From the NCBI RefSeq assembly GCF_006345805.1, contig NW_021835102.1:1-42395 (forward strand): a stretch of DNA of 42,395 nucleotides, read 5' to 3'. The position numbers and the translations under genes were made by a program. Below are positions 11,445 to 22,516 of the stretch, in pieces. Every line of letters begins with the position of its first letter. Position 1 is the first letter of the stretch. This DNA is from Octopus sinensis. Lineage: Eukaryota. The notes beneath the pieces were generated by a model. The model was not told where the DNA came from. It worked only from the letters and a program-made list of their open reading frames with translations, and ran no database searches.

Positions 11445-11866
11445 CCAATTAAGGACTGAACACGAAAAGTGGACAGTCAACATGCTAGATATAGACGTCA
11501 AATCGCCATTCTCCACAAAAGATTATGTTCTCAAATCAAACTCATCACAAACCCAAGCAATAAACAAGTGAAAATATACGAAATACAATACTTATCCATG
11601 TACTGACCGTTTTTGCATCTAGTTCAGCAAATTGCATTTATAACGGGCCATGCTGACGAAGGCTACAGGTATCCTTGCGGATAATAATAGCCGAAACTGA
11701 TCAGTACATGGATAAGTATTGTATTTCGTATATTTTCACTTGTTTATTGCTTGGGTTTGTGATGAGTTTGATTTGAGAACATAATATTTTGTGGAGAATG
11801 GCGATTTGACGTCTATATCTAGCATGTTGACTGCCCACTTTTCGTGTTCAGTCCTTAATTGGTATA
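11441..11866 (+). mobile_element. Fold-back mini-element with intact hammerhead (PLE pseudo-LTR-like), recent
   Basis: 166-bp inverted arms at 11441-11606 and 11701-11866 with 2 mismatches seen; flanked by (TA)n. Confidence 0.85.
11648..11711 (+). ncRNA. Type I hammerhead ribozyme, intact core
   Basis: CCATG-CTGACGA-A-GGCTA...TATCC ttgc GGATA...TAGCC-GAAA-CTGATCAG-TA|CATGG. Stem I 5 bp, stem II 5+5 bp, stem III is the palindrome ACTGATCAGT; predicted cut after 11706 (GUA). Confidence 0.88.
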
Positions 11867-11944
11867 TATAAATATTTAATCTTCGGATTCTTTTTTTGAT
11901 ATGCTAGACCACTGGTTTTAATTGATAAATATTGATTTCTACCC

Positions 11945-11955
11945 TTAATTAATTT

Positions 11956-11995
<40 letters not shown>

Positions 11996-11996
11996 T

Positions 11997-12045
<49 letters not shown>
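11945..12045. repeat. (TA)n microsatellite (another at 11350-11442)
   Basis: Direct reading. Confidence 0.95.
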
Positions 12046-12046
<1 letters not shown>

Positions 12047-12774
12047 TTTAGAGATAGTAGGTCCCTTCATCCCACCATATGAAAGAATTTTAATTTAATT
12101 TAATACTTACTACTTATATCTCGGCTACACGTGTTTCTTGAGGTTCATTTCCGCTTCCTTAACCACGCCGTGTTTTGCAGGTACCTTTCTTAAAATATAA
12201 CCCCAATCATCATGCCTCTACATCACTTTATCACAGTTTGATACTAAAAACTATATTCTAATGTGTATGTGAAAATAGGTTCGCCAGACCTTACTGTACA
12301 AGCCATAATTTAATTCAAATAGAAAATTACAAATAAAAATAAAAATAAAAAATACGAATAAAAATAAAAAATAAAAATTTACAAAAACTATGTTCTCACG
12401 TAACTTATGTCTATAAATATAAAATTAATAATATATAGGGATAAAAAAAATAAAATAAAATATATACTTGTGATGATATAAAATGATATAAAATGAAAGG
12501 AATGGCAAATAAATATATTCGAATAAATATGGAAGCGATGATGAATAAATATTTTCGAATAAAAACTATAGTACGAATGACAAAATGCCAAAAGAAAATT
12601 TACAAATGATACGAATGATAAAAATTAAAATTTTACAAAGTAAACATAAATTAAGTGTAACGTAAAAGAATATGTACAAATCACCGTTGACTCCATTGTC
12701 CTACTACGTCTTAATTTCGGCTTGACATCGCAAGGTCCGGTGAACGACTACACTCCCACGTACTTCCTCTCTAC

Positions 12775-13182
12775 GGTTTGTGCACATGCTATGTCTTGCA
12801 TCCTCTCTAGCCCCCGCTTTCCTTACAGTTTCTAGTGTAGCACTTTCGCTATCTGATAGTGTCGCCACAACTTGTTGTTGTTTTGGGCAGGTCTAGGGCA
12901 TTCGTTCGTGATATGGGTAATGTTTCATCCTCTCTATTGCCGATGCGGCACAGCGGAGACACTTGCACATTCCTAAGGTTGCCCTCCAGTTTTTGGCCAA
13001 AGCTTGGTTTTGCGCTACCAATAAAGGGCTCTCGGTCTCTTTTTTAGTGTTCCTTTCATCGGCCAATCCTATCTATTCTTTCCAGCAACTTCTGTTGAGG
13101 CTATATAGTGTAGTCCATTCTTGCATAATTCTTCTTCAAGTCCTTTTTGTGCTTCTTCCCTTGTTTTCCCTTTTGTTGTTCC

Positions 13183-13184
<2 letters not shown>
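12775..13184 (-). mobile_element. R4/Dong-like LINE internal fragment (zinc-knuckle region)
   Basis: LKKETES...AQNQAL; SPLCRIGNREDET; LWRHYQIAKVLH*KL; 5' end abuts (TTA)n at 13185-13270. Confidence 0.72.

Positions 13185-13270
<86 letters not shown>
13185..13270. repeat. (TTA)n microsatellite
   Basis: Direct reading. Confidence 0.97.
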
Positions 13271-13273
<3 letters not shown>

Positions 13274-14678
13274 CATTTGCGCAGCTTCTAACGCTGCAAG
13301 AGTACTACGGTGTTAGCTCTTCACTACCACTGAACTAAGGTAACACCCCTTATTTTTTCAGCACCATCTGGAATATTCAAGCGGTCCCAAGCAATGCTGT
13401 AAGTGCTCCATCCTTATTGCAGCCCCTATCTGTTCCGTGTACTGCTCAAGACTTTTACTCAAGGTTCCCAGGGCTCCGACAATTATTAGTACTACTACCA
13501 CCTTTTTCAGCGACCACAACTGCTTAACCTCCTAAGCTAACCTATTATATCTATCAACCTTTCTTTCTTCCAAGCTAACCTATCATATCAATCGACTTTT
13601 CTTTCTTCCTTATCGCATACCATGTTGCCAGTTAGGCATGATATATCTATTATCTCACATAGTTTGCTTTCTTTCTCAGTTAACACTATGGTTTCCTATC
13701 ATCTATCTCCAGGTCGTACTGAATCATAAAATCCCATACGATCTTTGCATTATTATTTTCGAGGATGCCTTCGGGTTTATGTTCCTACCACGTTTTTGCT
13801 CTGTAAAGTCCTTATTTGTTGCAAAGTGTCCAATGGACAATCCTTGCTATGTTGTCATGACGTCTCGTATATTCTTTTGAGGCTAGTGGCGTACATTGCC
13901 TGGTAATATGCCATACGGTTTCACCATTTTGTCTACAAATTCTCCACTTATCACTTTCTGATGTGTTGTCTCTTCTGCATTTGATGTAATTGGTTCTTAA
14001 TGCTTGATTTTAGGCAGCACAGATTAGAGCCTCCGTTTCCGGATTTAAATCCTTTTTAATCATCCATAGCCATCTTTTTTCTTAGTCTGTCTTATTTTCA
14101 ACCTCCCTATGAAATTGTCTATGCATTCTTTTCTTTATCCACCTATTTTCAGTTTCATCCATTCTCAAAAGTTTGTACAGCGCTTTATCTTTGAAATCTT
14201 CAATCCTATACAAGCCTGACCTTCTTACTTCCAATAATAGCAATTCTGTGGCATTTTTACATGATGTGTTCGCATCCAATCAGTCCTCTTCTCTTTCTTT
14301 TTCTTTGTACATACAGTCTGTCTCTTTCAATATTGGGTGGAGTATCCCATATCGAGTCAGCAATTTCTTTGTCGTACTGTCTAAGATGTTTATTTCGTCT
14401 ACTGTCCATGCGATTACCCCTGCTCCATATCTAAGAAGTGAAACCGGCCAGGTGTTTATAGCTTGAATTTTATTCCCTCCGTTTAATTCCGACTTAATGA
14501 TCGGTCTCAGTCTGCACAAGAACTCCACCTTAAATTTTTCTGTCATTTCTTTTCCCATCAATTTATCCATTTCAAATATCCCCAAGTACATATAGCCCGT
14601 CTCTTCTATCTGCTTTATAACCTTGCCCGACGGTATCGCTAGCCCGTCCATATATTTGATTTTGCCTCTCTTCAAAAC
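13271..14678 (-). mobile_element. R4/Dong-like RLE LINE, 5'-truncated: RT thumb, CCHC knuckle, RLE and ~85-bp 3' UTR
   Basis: YLGI...RLRPIIKSELNGGNKIQAINTWPVSLLRYGAG...LTRYGILHP; WRICRQNGETVWHITRQC...RRHDN; IIVGALGTLSKSLE...CLGTA; (TAA)n on both sides. Confidence 0.92.
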
Positions 14679-14763
<85 letters not shown>

Positions 14764-14804
14764 CATTATTATTATTATTATTATTATTATCATTACTATT
14801 ATTA
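14679..14804. repeat. (TTA)n microsatellite
   Basis: Direct reading. Confidence 0.97.
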
Positions 14805-14805
14805 A

Positions 14806-15010
14806 GGTGATGAGCTGGTAGAATCTTTAGGACGCGAAGCAGAAATGCTTATGATCGTTTCATCTGGCTACACATTCTGAGTTCAAATTCTGCCAAGATA
14901 AACTTTGACTTTAATCCATTCAGGGTCAATAAAATAAGTACTAGGTTCGTTGTGATCGACTTGTCCTCCTCTCAAACCTTCAGGCCATGTGCCTATAGTA
15001 TAAAAGATTA
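14806..15010 (+). mobile_element. SINE family A, diverged
   Basis: AGGTGATGAGCTGGTAGAATC head, GAGTTCAAATTCTG, tail GGCCATGTGCCTATAGTATAAAAG. Confidence 0.8.
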
Positions 15011-15399
15011 TTATCATCATCACCATCATCATCGTCATCATCATCTTCATCCTCATCACAGTTGCCCATCGCTACCCGTCTGACTATCTAAAATGGCAGT
15101 ATAAATGTAAATACGAATTTCTTTACGTCCGAAATATAAAATGAAGTTTTTAAACTTTCTGCATTGTTAAAAGCTTTTCTTAGTTCTAATTTCATTTATC
15201 ATTCTACTATACTACAATGCTTCAAGCGATCTACAACTCTCATCATAATTGCCTGTACTATTTCTAATTTGAAGATGCATAAAAGTAGTACCCTCTTCGT
15301 ATGCATACATTTGAAAGTTCACCATGATCAACGACTAATGCTCAATGTTACTAACAAAATGAAAAAGACTAAAATGATAATTGTTCAAATTTGCTGAAG

Positions 15400-16140
15400 A
15401 TCTTAGCAGTGATATCGTTGGTTTTAAGTTTGATTTGATTTGCCTCCTACACTCTTAGAAACTTGCTGGCTTCCTGAGTTTCAAGTTCCCAAAATTCTTC
15501 ATTCTTTAACGGTTCCAATACTGCCTTGTTTGCTTTTTGTTTTGTTTTGTTTCGTGTTTTTTTTTCTTTTTTTTTTCTTGCTGCCTCTTATGCTGATGTG
15601 GCCCTGACACATTTTTTGTGTTCCGAATACCATCCTTATATCTTTGCCGATCGTTTGGACTGTTTCTCGAATACCGATTCCCTAGAGTTATTTGATGTAA
15701 CAAACAGCTCCAATTTATCCGCCAAGAATAAGGCACCTCCTTTCATTGTGTTGCCAGATGTTTTCTCAACTCTCGGACTCATTCACTCAACGATACCAGT
15801 TCCATATAAAAGAGTAGAGCAACAATGAATCCCCAAGTGGAATACCATTGTTAATTTATAGCTTATTTCTGATGAGGTTCTCTCCCTTGAGTACATTAAG
15901 ATCGGCCTCGTCCTATATTATACCGTTTCATTCTGCTATCCTTGGTTAAATGCAAGGTATTTATTATCCAGCCATGTGATATCCTCTCCTATACTTTCTT
16001 ACAATATTTTCTTTCTCCCGCATAGACCCAGTTTTTTCTTCGATTTTCCTCATCATAAATCGATCCTGGCACTCATAATCTCCTATCACACCTTTCCGTT
16101 CTTTTGGCAAGCCAGTTGCAGTGATTCTATACACACGCTT
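15400..16140 (-). mobile_element. Old R4/Dong-like RT fragment
   Basis: Decayed LPKERKG (cf. LPEEQKG), GIPLGDSL (cf. GIFQGDSL) and TVQTIGKDIRMVFG (cf. DIGMxFG), in the expected order. Confidence 0.6.
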
Positions 16141-16254
16141 GACGTGTCGTGAATAGCAATCAAATTCATTCCAAATTATATTGTATTCTTTTAGAAATGG
16201 AAGGACACTTTAGATAATGAAGTTCTAGATATACTGAATTTGTATATAAAACAT

Positions 16255-16565
16255 GATGCTTGGTCTGATAGATTTGGATTAACCAGGGGCTAAGCGACAA
16301 AAATAAGGAAGAACACATTTAAAGATGTAGTCCTTATTATACTTTACCTGAATACAAAATGTAGGATGATCATGATGGGCAGACCTTTGACCATAGGTCT
16401 GTTGGGTCATAACTGAAACGGGGGTAACACAGCAAGGAAGGATAAATTAAATAAGGTACTCCTAGATACACAATGCCTGGCTGAAAGATAGTGTGATCAT
16501 AATTAATCTTTAATCATAGGTCTACTGGATCAGGGCTAACCTGGGGTTAAAGAACATCAACAATA
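16255..16565 (+). repeat. Three degenerate tandem units of ~125 bp
   Basis: Recurring (CCTTTRATCATA)GGTCT...ACC.GGGG.TAA at ~16261, ~16385 and ~16505. Confidence 0.4.
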
Positions 16566-16629
16566 TAGACTTTCCTCAACTAATGTTTATGAATGGAGAC
16601 ATAAACTAGTTCTCGTTTGTTTATTGCAG

Positions 16630-16747
16630 TCTAGGCGCATTTTGTTGATCATTATCAGGATAGTGATGGGATTGTTTACCATGTGTTTGAGGCAGTTAGG
16701 TGTGTTGAACAGAAGGAGATGGCTAGAGTGAAGTTCTAGTTATCTTG
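16630..16747 (+). other. Possible non-coding exon
   Basis: TTTGTTTATTGCAG acceptor and TTG|GTGAGT donor; all three frames contain stops. Confidence 0.2.
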
Positions 16748-16751
16748 GTGA

Positions 16752-16752
<1 letters not shown>

Positions 16753-16843
<91 letters not shown>

Positions 16844-16878
16844 TGTATGTATGTATGTATGTATGTATGTATGTATAT
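16753..16878. repeat. (TA)n/(TATG)n microsatellite
   Basis: Direct reading. Confidence 0.95.
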
Positions 16879-17506
16879 AGGTGCGTAAGTTAATGTGCGT
16901 TGTTTATAGTGTCAACAGAAAATTGTAATCTTATTGCGTCACCTCTTGTGTTATCTTTATTGTTTTTGCCACAAGATGTTTTTCAGAGTAATGTAAAATG
17001 CGAATAGTGTTATCTAAATGCGTATTACGTTGATGAGTTTCTGCCAGTTATATTTTAAACCGTTTCTATTTCTATTGTGTCGACGCGTCTCATTAGCTTT
17101 GAAGTGATGCTTGTGGTAGATATGGAATGGAACCTGACTTTAGCTATGTTATGTGGTCTTCACCACTGCTTGGTTAATAACATAAAATTTATGTAGAACT
17201 CAATTTATGGCTATCTTTTCTGCATGCGGTTTCAGTGCTTGTAGTTAACTGAGTCTAATCAAAATAGTACAAATGTTGTGAACAAAAACTTCTATTACGA
17301 CGTTAAGAAGTATGGACAGTAATAATAGATGGTATGTAGGCTAAAAACTGTAGAACATCTGTAAATAGCAAATGTCACCTGTTTGGTGAAACCAAGTGGA
17401 TTCTGTTATGTACGACTCGAAATCACACGCTGAACTTAATATCAGCGTAAAGTAAGTCCAAATTGGAGATTTAAAACCAATGTTTTAATAGTAGTATGCA
17501 TTCTCC

Positions 17507-17558
<52 letters not shown>

Positions 17559-17562
<4 letters not shown>

Positions 17563-17798
17563 TAGAGAAAAGCCACTATTATATAATTCAAACAATGATA
17601 GACGTAAAAAAACATATAGAAAAAATAAAATATATGATAAAACATTTACCTAGATCACAATAAAGTACATAATAATAAACGGTGTATAATAAACAGTATC
17701 TAATTTCTCTAACTTATATATATATATATATATTTACATTAAAAATTTGATTTAATACTAAATTGAATTTTTCCCTGTAAGTTTGGAGTTATACACCC

Positions 17799-17800
<2 letters not shown>
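17559..17800 (+). mobile_element. 3' tail of the HHR-bearing family at 20156-20490, with its upstream part inverted
   Basis: 17701-17800 is the reverse complement of 20156-20250 and ends in (TTA)n; 17559-17700 is colinear with 20240-20375. Confidence 0.75.
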
Positions 17801-17872
<72 letters not shown>

Positions 17873-18052
17873 TATGTTTGACTTTTGCTTTAAAAAATAA
17901 ACTATGCAGAGCCAGAAATCCGGGATCTGGAATTATCCAGTAATTTTTTTATCTTTTTGTCTTCTCTCCTGGTGGTGTATGAACATTTAATGTTGTTTTC
18001 GAGTCAAGTTTTGGCTGCTATTTCCAGCCTGATGGTATCTCTTAGATACCCT

Positions 18053-18105
<53 letters not shown>

Positions 18106-18107
<2 letters not shown>

Positions 18108-18200
18108 GACGGGCTTCTTTCAGTTTCCGCCAACCAAATCCACTTACGAGACTTTAGTTGGTCCAAGTAAAGTAGAAGACGCTTACCATGCAGCCATGCT
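18106..18200 (-). mobile_element. SINE family B fragment
   Basis: ACGACGGGCTTCTTTCAGTTTCCG...AAATCCAC matches 34190-34230. Confidence 0.75.
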
Positions 18201-18736
18201 AGTTCCTATGTGTGTGTATTTATATCTTATATTCAAAGACCAGCTGAACATACAAGAACTTGGTTGCTCCGGTTACTAATGCCAGAAGGAATAAAGAAAC
18301 GGTGCCCACTAATTGGTTGACGGAATTAACGACTGTCCTTAATTACCCGATTATCAAAAGAATTTTCAAGTATCCAGTTTAATAGGAGTGTAACTAATGT
18401 GGTAGTGATATAACTTAGTTTGTAACCCTATGAAATATGTAACCATGCAGCAGGTGTTACAACGACAAGCTCAAAACATGTGGTTTACCGTATGTCGTCT
18501 TACAAATATGAAAGTTCACAAAGTTTACCTTAACAGAAGATGCAGGGCGAAACAGACTTGACAGCAAATCTCCCAAAATTGCTTTTTTTTAATATTCATA
18601 TATTTTGCAGCTACGTCTGGTCTGTAGACATTGATCCACCCCACAAGTGATGGAGGTCTGTATCAACTGGTGAACATTTGTTTTACATATGGCAGAGAAT
18701 CTCTTTATGACACATAATATATTTGTACACTCAAGA

Positions 18737-18750
18737 ATGTGTGTGTGTGT

Positions 18751-18811
<61 letters not shown>

Positions 18812-18830
18812 TGTGTCTGTGTGTGTGTGT
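18737..18830. repeat. (TG)n microsatellite
   Basis: Direct reading. Confidence 0.95.
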
Positions 18831-18859
18831 TGTTGTTTGTGTTACCAATTTCGACCATC

Positions 18860-19083
18860 CGCAAAATCACAAATATTATTTAATTTGCTTTGCGGTAGTA
18901 ACTGTTTCATCGAAAGCGTATCTGGTTGTTAAATGCTGGAAATACGAAAGTAGAAAAACAGCTAACAACTGATAAAGGGTCGTTTTTTTTTGTGTTGTTT
19001 GTCTTGTTTCCCATTTGTGCCTTTCGTTGTTCGAAAAAATAGTTCATGTACACGTTTCGTGACGTCCTGTGCCCATACATGCA

Positions 19084-19085
<2 letters not shown>
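18860..19085 (+). mobile_element. Decayed copy of the GACGTCCTGT-ended, TA-associated repeat (see 21828)
   Basis: TTTCGTTGTTCGAAAAAA...GACGTCCTGTGCCCATACATGCA-(TA)n is the reverse complement of the 21828-22080 family. Confidence 0.65.
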
Positions 19086-19116
<31 letters not shown>

Positions 19117-19220
19117 CGTGTAGATGTAAGCATGTACATATACGTATGTATGTATGCATATATATATATATATCATTTATATTATATTCTATTATATTAT
19201 ATTATATATATATATATATA

Positions 19221-19260
<40 letters not shown>

Positions 19261-19265
19261 TATTA

Positions 19266-19312
<47 letters not shown>

Positions 19313-19371
19313 TTCCTTTTGGGGTTGGTTTGCAAGATTCTTTATGTGAGTTCATGTGTTGAAGCATATTT

Positions 19372-19595
19372 TGTTTTGTCTGGGGAGAGTCATTCTCTTT
19401 TAGTGTCTTATTATTTAACACACTTACTGATTAAGTTTCCACTCATTTACTTATTTATTTTTCCGGAAATTTTCAATTGTCTGAAAAGGTTGGAAGACGC
19501 AACCAAAATTTTAGAAAAAATAAATAAATGAGTAGAAATTTTACCGGTGTGTGTGTTAAATAATAAGGCACTAAAAGAGAATGACTCTCTCAGAC

Positions 19596-19600
<5 letters not shown>
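19372..19600 (+). mobile_element. Fold-back mini-element with decayed hammerhead
   Basis: About 85-bp inverted arms (19372-19460, 19515-19600); spacer CTGAAAA-GGTTG gaagacg CAACC-AAAA. Confidence 0.65.
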
Positions 19601-19669
<69 letters not shown>

Positions 19670-19696
19670 CTATTATATATATATATATATATATTA

Positions 19697-19729
<33 letters not shown>

Positions 19730-19732
19730 CTG

Positions 19733-20088
19733 AAGTGCAAGCGTGGCTGTATGATAAGAAGCTTGCTTCCCAACCACATGGTTCCGGGTTCAGTCCCGTG
19801 AGTGGATTTGGTAGACGGAAAGTGAAAGAAGCCTGTCGTGTATATATATATGAGTATATATATTTATATGTGTGTGTCTTTGTGTCTGTGTTTGTCCCCT
19901 CTCACCATCGCTTGACAACCGATGTAGGTATGTTTACATCGCCGTAACCTTGTAGTTCAGCAAAAGAGACCGAAAGAATAAGTACTAACCTTACAAAGAA
20001 TAAGTTCTGAAGTCGATTTCTTCGATTAAAAAACCTGTAAGGGTGTGCCCCAGCATGTCCGCCGTCAAATGACTGAAACATGTAAAAG

Positions 20089-20089
<1 letters not shown>
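19733..20089 (+). mobile_element. SINE family B with internal deletion
   Basis: tRNA-like head GTGGCTGTATGATAAG...GGTTCAGTCCC, internal (TA/TG)n, tail CCCCAGCATG...AAATGACTGAAAC. Confidence 0.88.
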
Positions 20090-20155
<66 letters not shown>

Positions 20156-20156
<1 letters not shown>

Positions 20157-20490
20157 GGATGTATAACTCCAAACTTACAGGGAAAAATTCAATTTAGTAT
20201 TAAATCAAATTTCACAATATAAATATATAATATTTATAAGTTAGACAAAAACCACTATTATGCAATTCAAACAATGATAGACATAAACCAAATCATAAAT
20301 AAAAAATAAAATATATTTTAAAGCATACAACTAGATCACAAAAAGTACAAAAATGAATAAACAATATATAATAAGTAAAAAGACTACGTACGTTTCATGG
20401 CTATAATTTAAATTCGAATTACAATTAAATTTATATTTAATCGAAAAACAATTCAATTTAAAATTATAGTCACTCCTCAGGTTAACAATA
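20156..20490 (-). mobile_element. PLE pseudo-LTR-like element: HHR plus AT-rich tail ending at (TTA)n
   Basis: HHR at 20381-20486; the tail is shared with 17559-17800 and 32260-32405. Confidence 0.72.
20381..20486 (-). ncRNA. Type I hammerhead ribozyme with long AT-rich stem II
   Basis: CTGAGGA-GTGACTATAATTT...AAATTATAGCCAT-GAAA-CGTACG-TA|GTCT. Stem III is the palindrome ACGTACGT; stem I is weak (2 bp). Confidence 0.7.
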
Positions 20491-20747
20491 ATAACAACAA
20501 TAGTTAAATAAATAATCAAATAGAATTAAACAATATTTCTTGAAATAAAATCATGATTGTTCTTATAGAAGAAACTCCATTAAATAAATTTGAAACTTAG
20601 AACATTAGGACCAGTTGCCTACAATTATGTTAAATATTAAAGGTTAAAAAAATAGAGTAAATAGATTGAAAGATGTATTTATCTGTGAAGATATAATTTA
20701 GCTTTAAGAAAAAACATTTTTATATGTTGTATATTATATATATATTA

Positions 20748-21022
20748 TCTTTTATCTTTTTCTTTTGTCAGTCAATGGACTGAGGCCATGCTGGGGCACA
20801 GGCTTGAAGAATTTTTAGCCGAATGATTCGACTCTAATACTTATTTTGTTAAAGCTCGGCACGTATTCTATTGGACATCTACTTTCCAAACCGCTGAGTT
20901 AGGATCATGTAAACGCACTAACACAGGTTTCACGTGATAGTGGGAGACATCAAGTACAAACACACACACGCACACATATACACATATATGTATACGCACG
21001 CACACATGCCGACGCGCGCAGA

Positions 21023-21061
<39 letters not shown>

Positions 21062-21069
21062 ACACACAT

Positions 21070-21106
<37 letters not shown>

Positions 21107-21276
21107 CGACGGGCTTATTTCAGTTTCCGGACCGACCAAATTCACTCACAAGTCTTTGGTTGGTCTGAGACTAAAATAGAAGACACTTGCCCACTTGTCC
21201 AAGTTGCAAAGGAGTAGAACTGAACTTGGGAGCTTGCGGTAGGGAAACAAACTTCTTACCACACAGCCACACCTGA
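20748..21276 (-). mobile_element. SINE family B, full length, diverged, with expanded internal (CA/TA)n
   Basis: Colinear with 33926-34353. Confidence 0.85.
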
Positions 21277-21637
21277 AGCTCTTTACAAATACATATATCA
21301 CGTAACATACAAGATAAATTCTTCATATATTAAAACTCAACCTCAACAGGAAGTGTCAGTTAAGCTGCAATTAAGCCCAACCGCACTTGAGAAGGGAAGA
21401 CAATCTCGAGATATCAAGTATTTTCCAAAACTGATACGCCAGTACAGCAGAGGAAGGATCATTGTCGGGAGATAGGAATAAGAACTTGGACAAGTATTTC
21501 CGTCATCAGATCGATACTTGTCCGACCTTATCACCAATAGTCAAAGGCGAGTAATTTGCATAAATAATCTTAGTAATTTGCATAATTTAAACAAAATGGG
21601 CTAAGGGAAATAACTCAAAGTGACCAGTGGCATGAAT

Positions 21638-21670
<33 letters not shown>

Positions 21671-21753
21671 ATGTGATATAATATAAATAATATATATATA
21701 TGCATATATACATACATATATGTACATCCTACATATATATGTGTGTATATAGA

Positions 21754-21787
<34 letters not shown>

Positions 21788-21827
21788 CTATGATATATAT
21801 ATATATATATAATATATATATATATAT

Positions 21828-22250
21828 GCATATGTGTGTACAGGACGTCAAAAATAGCCTGAACAATATGAGAAACGAGAACATATAAAACAAAAATATG
21901 GAAAACAAACTTTTTTCGAGCAACGAAAGAAACAAATAGAGAAACGAAACAGATAACATAAAGAACATTCCCTTCATCAGTTGTCCCCTGTTTTATCAAC
22001 TCCGCGTTTCGAAGATAGGGACAAGACGAGACTTCGTTAAAACAGTCCTCCCCGCAAAGCATTTTATATAAAATTTGAGATTTTTTGCAGAGGGTTAAAG
22101 TGGTAACAAAAACAGGACAGTAAGAACAAAACAGTAAAACAAACGGTGAGGGGTGTGAAGTGGTGAACGCTGTAAAAAAGAGCTTTGAGAAGAGACAGGC
22201 AAAAGCACGTCTTATCTTAAGAAGTGGAAGATGCTTATATACAAACATAT
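21828..22250 (-). mobile_element. TA-associated unclassified repeat ending GACGTCCTGTAC-(TA)n
   Basis: Second, shorter copy at 22344-22512 and a third at 18860-19085. Confidence 0.75.
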
Positions 22251-22286
22251 ATGTATATACCCTACGTTATATGTATAATATATATA

Positions 22287-22324
<38 letters not shown>

Positions 22325-22343
22325 ATATATATATATATAGTAT

Positions 22344-22512
22344 GTGCATTTATGGGTACAGGACGTCAAAAAAACGTCAACAAAATGGAAACCAGAACAT
22401 AAAAACAAAACCTGGAAACGAACTTTTTTCGAACAACGAAAGAAATAGAGAAACGAGACAGATAACATAAAGAACATTCCCTTCATCAGTTGTCCCCTGT
22501 TTTATCAACTCC
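22344..22512 (-). mobile_element. Second, truncated copy of the 21828 repeat
   Basis: TACAGGACGTCAAAAA...AAGAACATTCCCTTCATCAGTTGTCCCCTGTTTTATCAACTCC shared. Confidence 0.8.
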
Positions 22513-22516
22513 ATGT

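Noticed and set aside
12123-12166. Minus-strand GAAAC-ACGT-GT-A|GCC with upstream TTAAGGA (possible old HHR)
   Set aside because: Two core mismatches and no stem II; too decayed to call, though worth rechecking against a family consensus.
18611-18669. Exon after TTTTGCAG acceptor
   Set aside because: Stops in all frames and a weak donor.
21940-22010. GAAAC and CTGATGAAG motifs on minus in the 21828 repeat (possible type II hammerhead)
   Set aside because: Permuted order, no U at 16.1 (GAAACGCGGA) and no convincing stem II.
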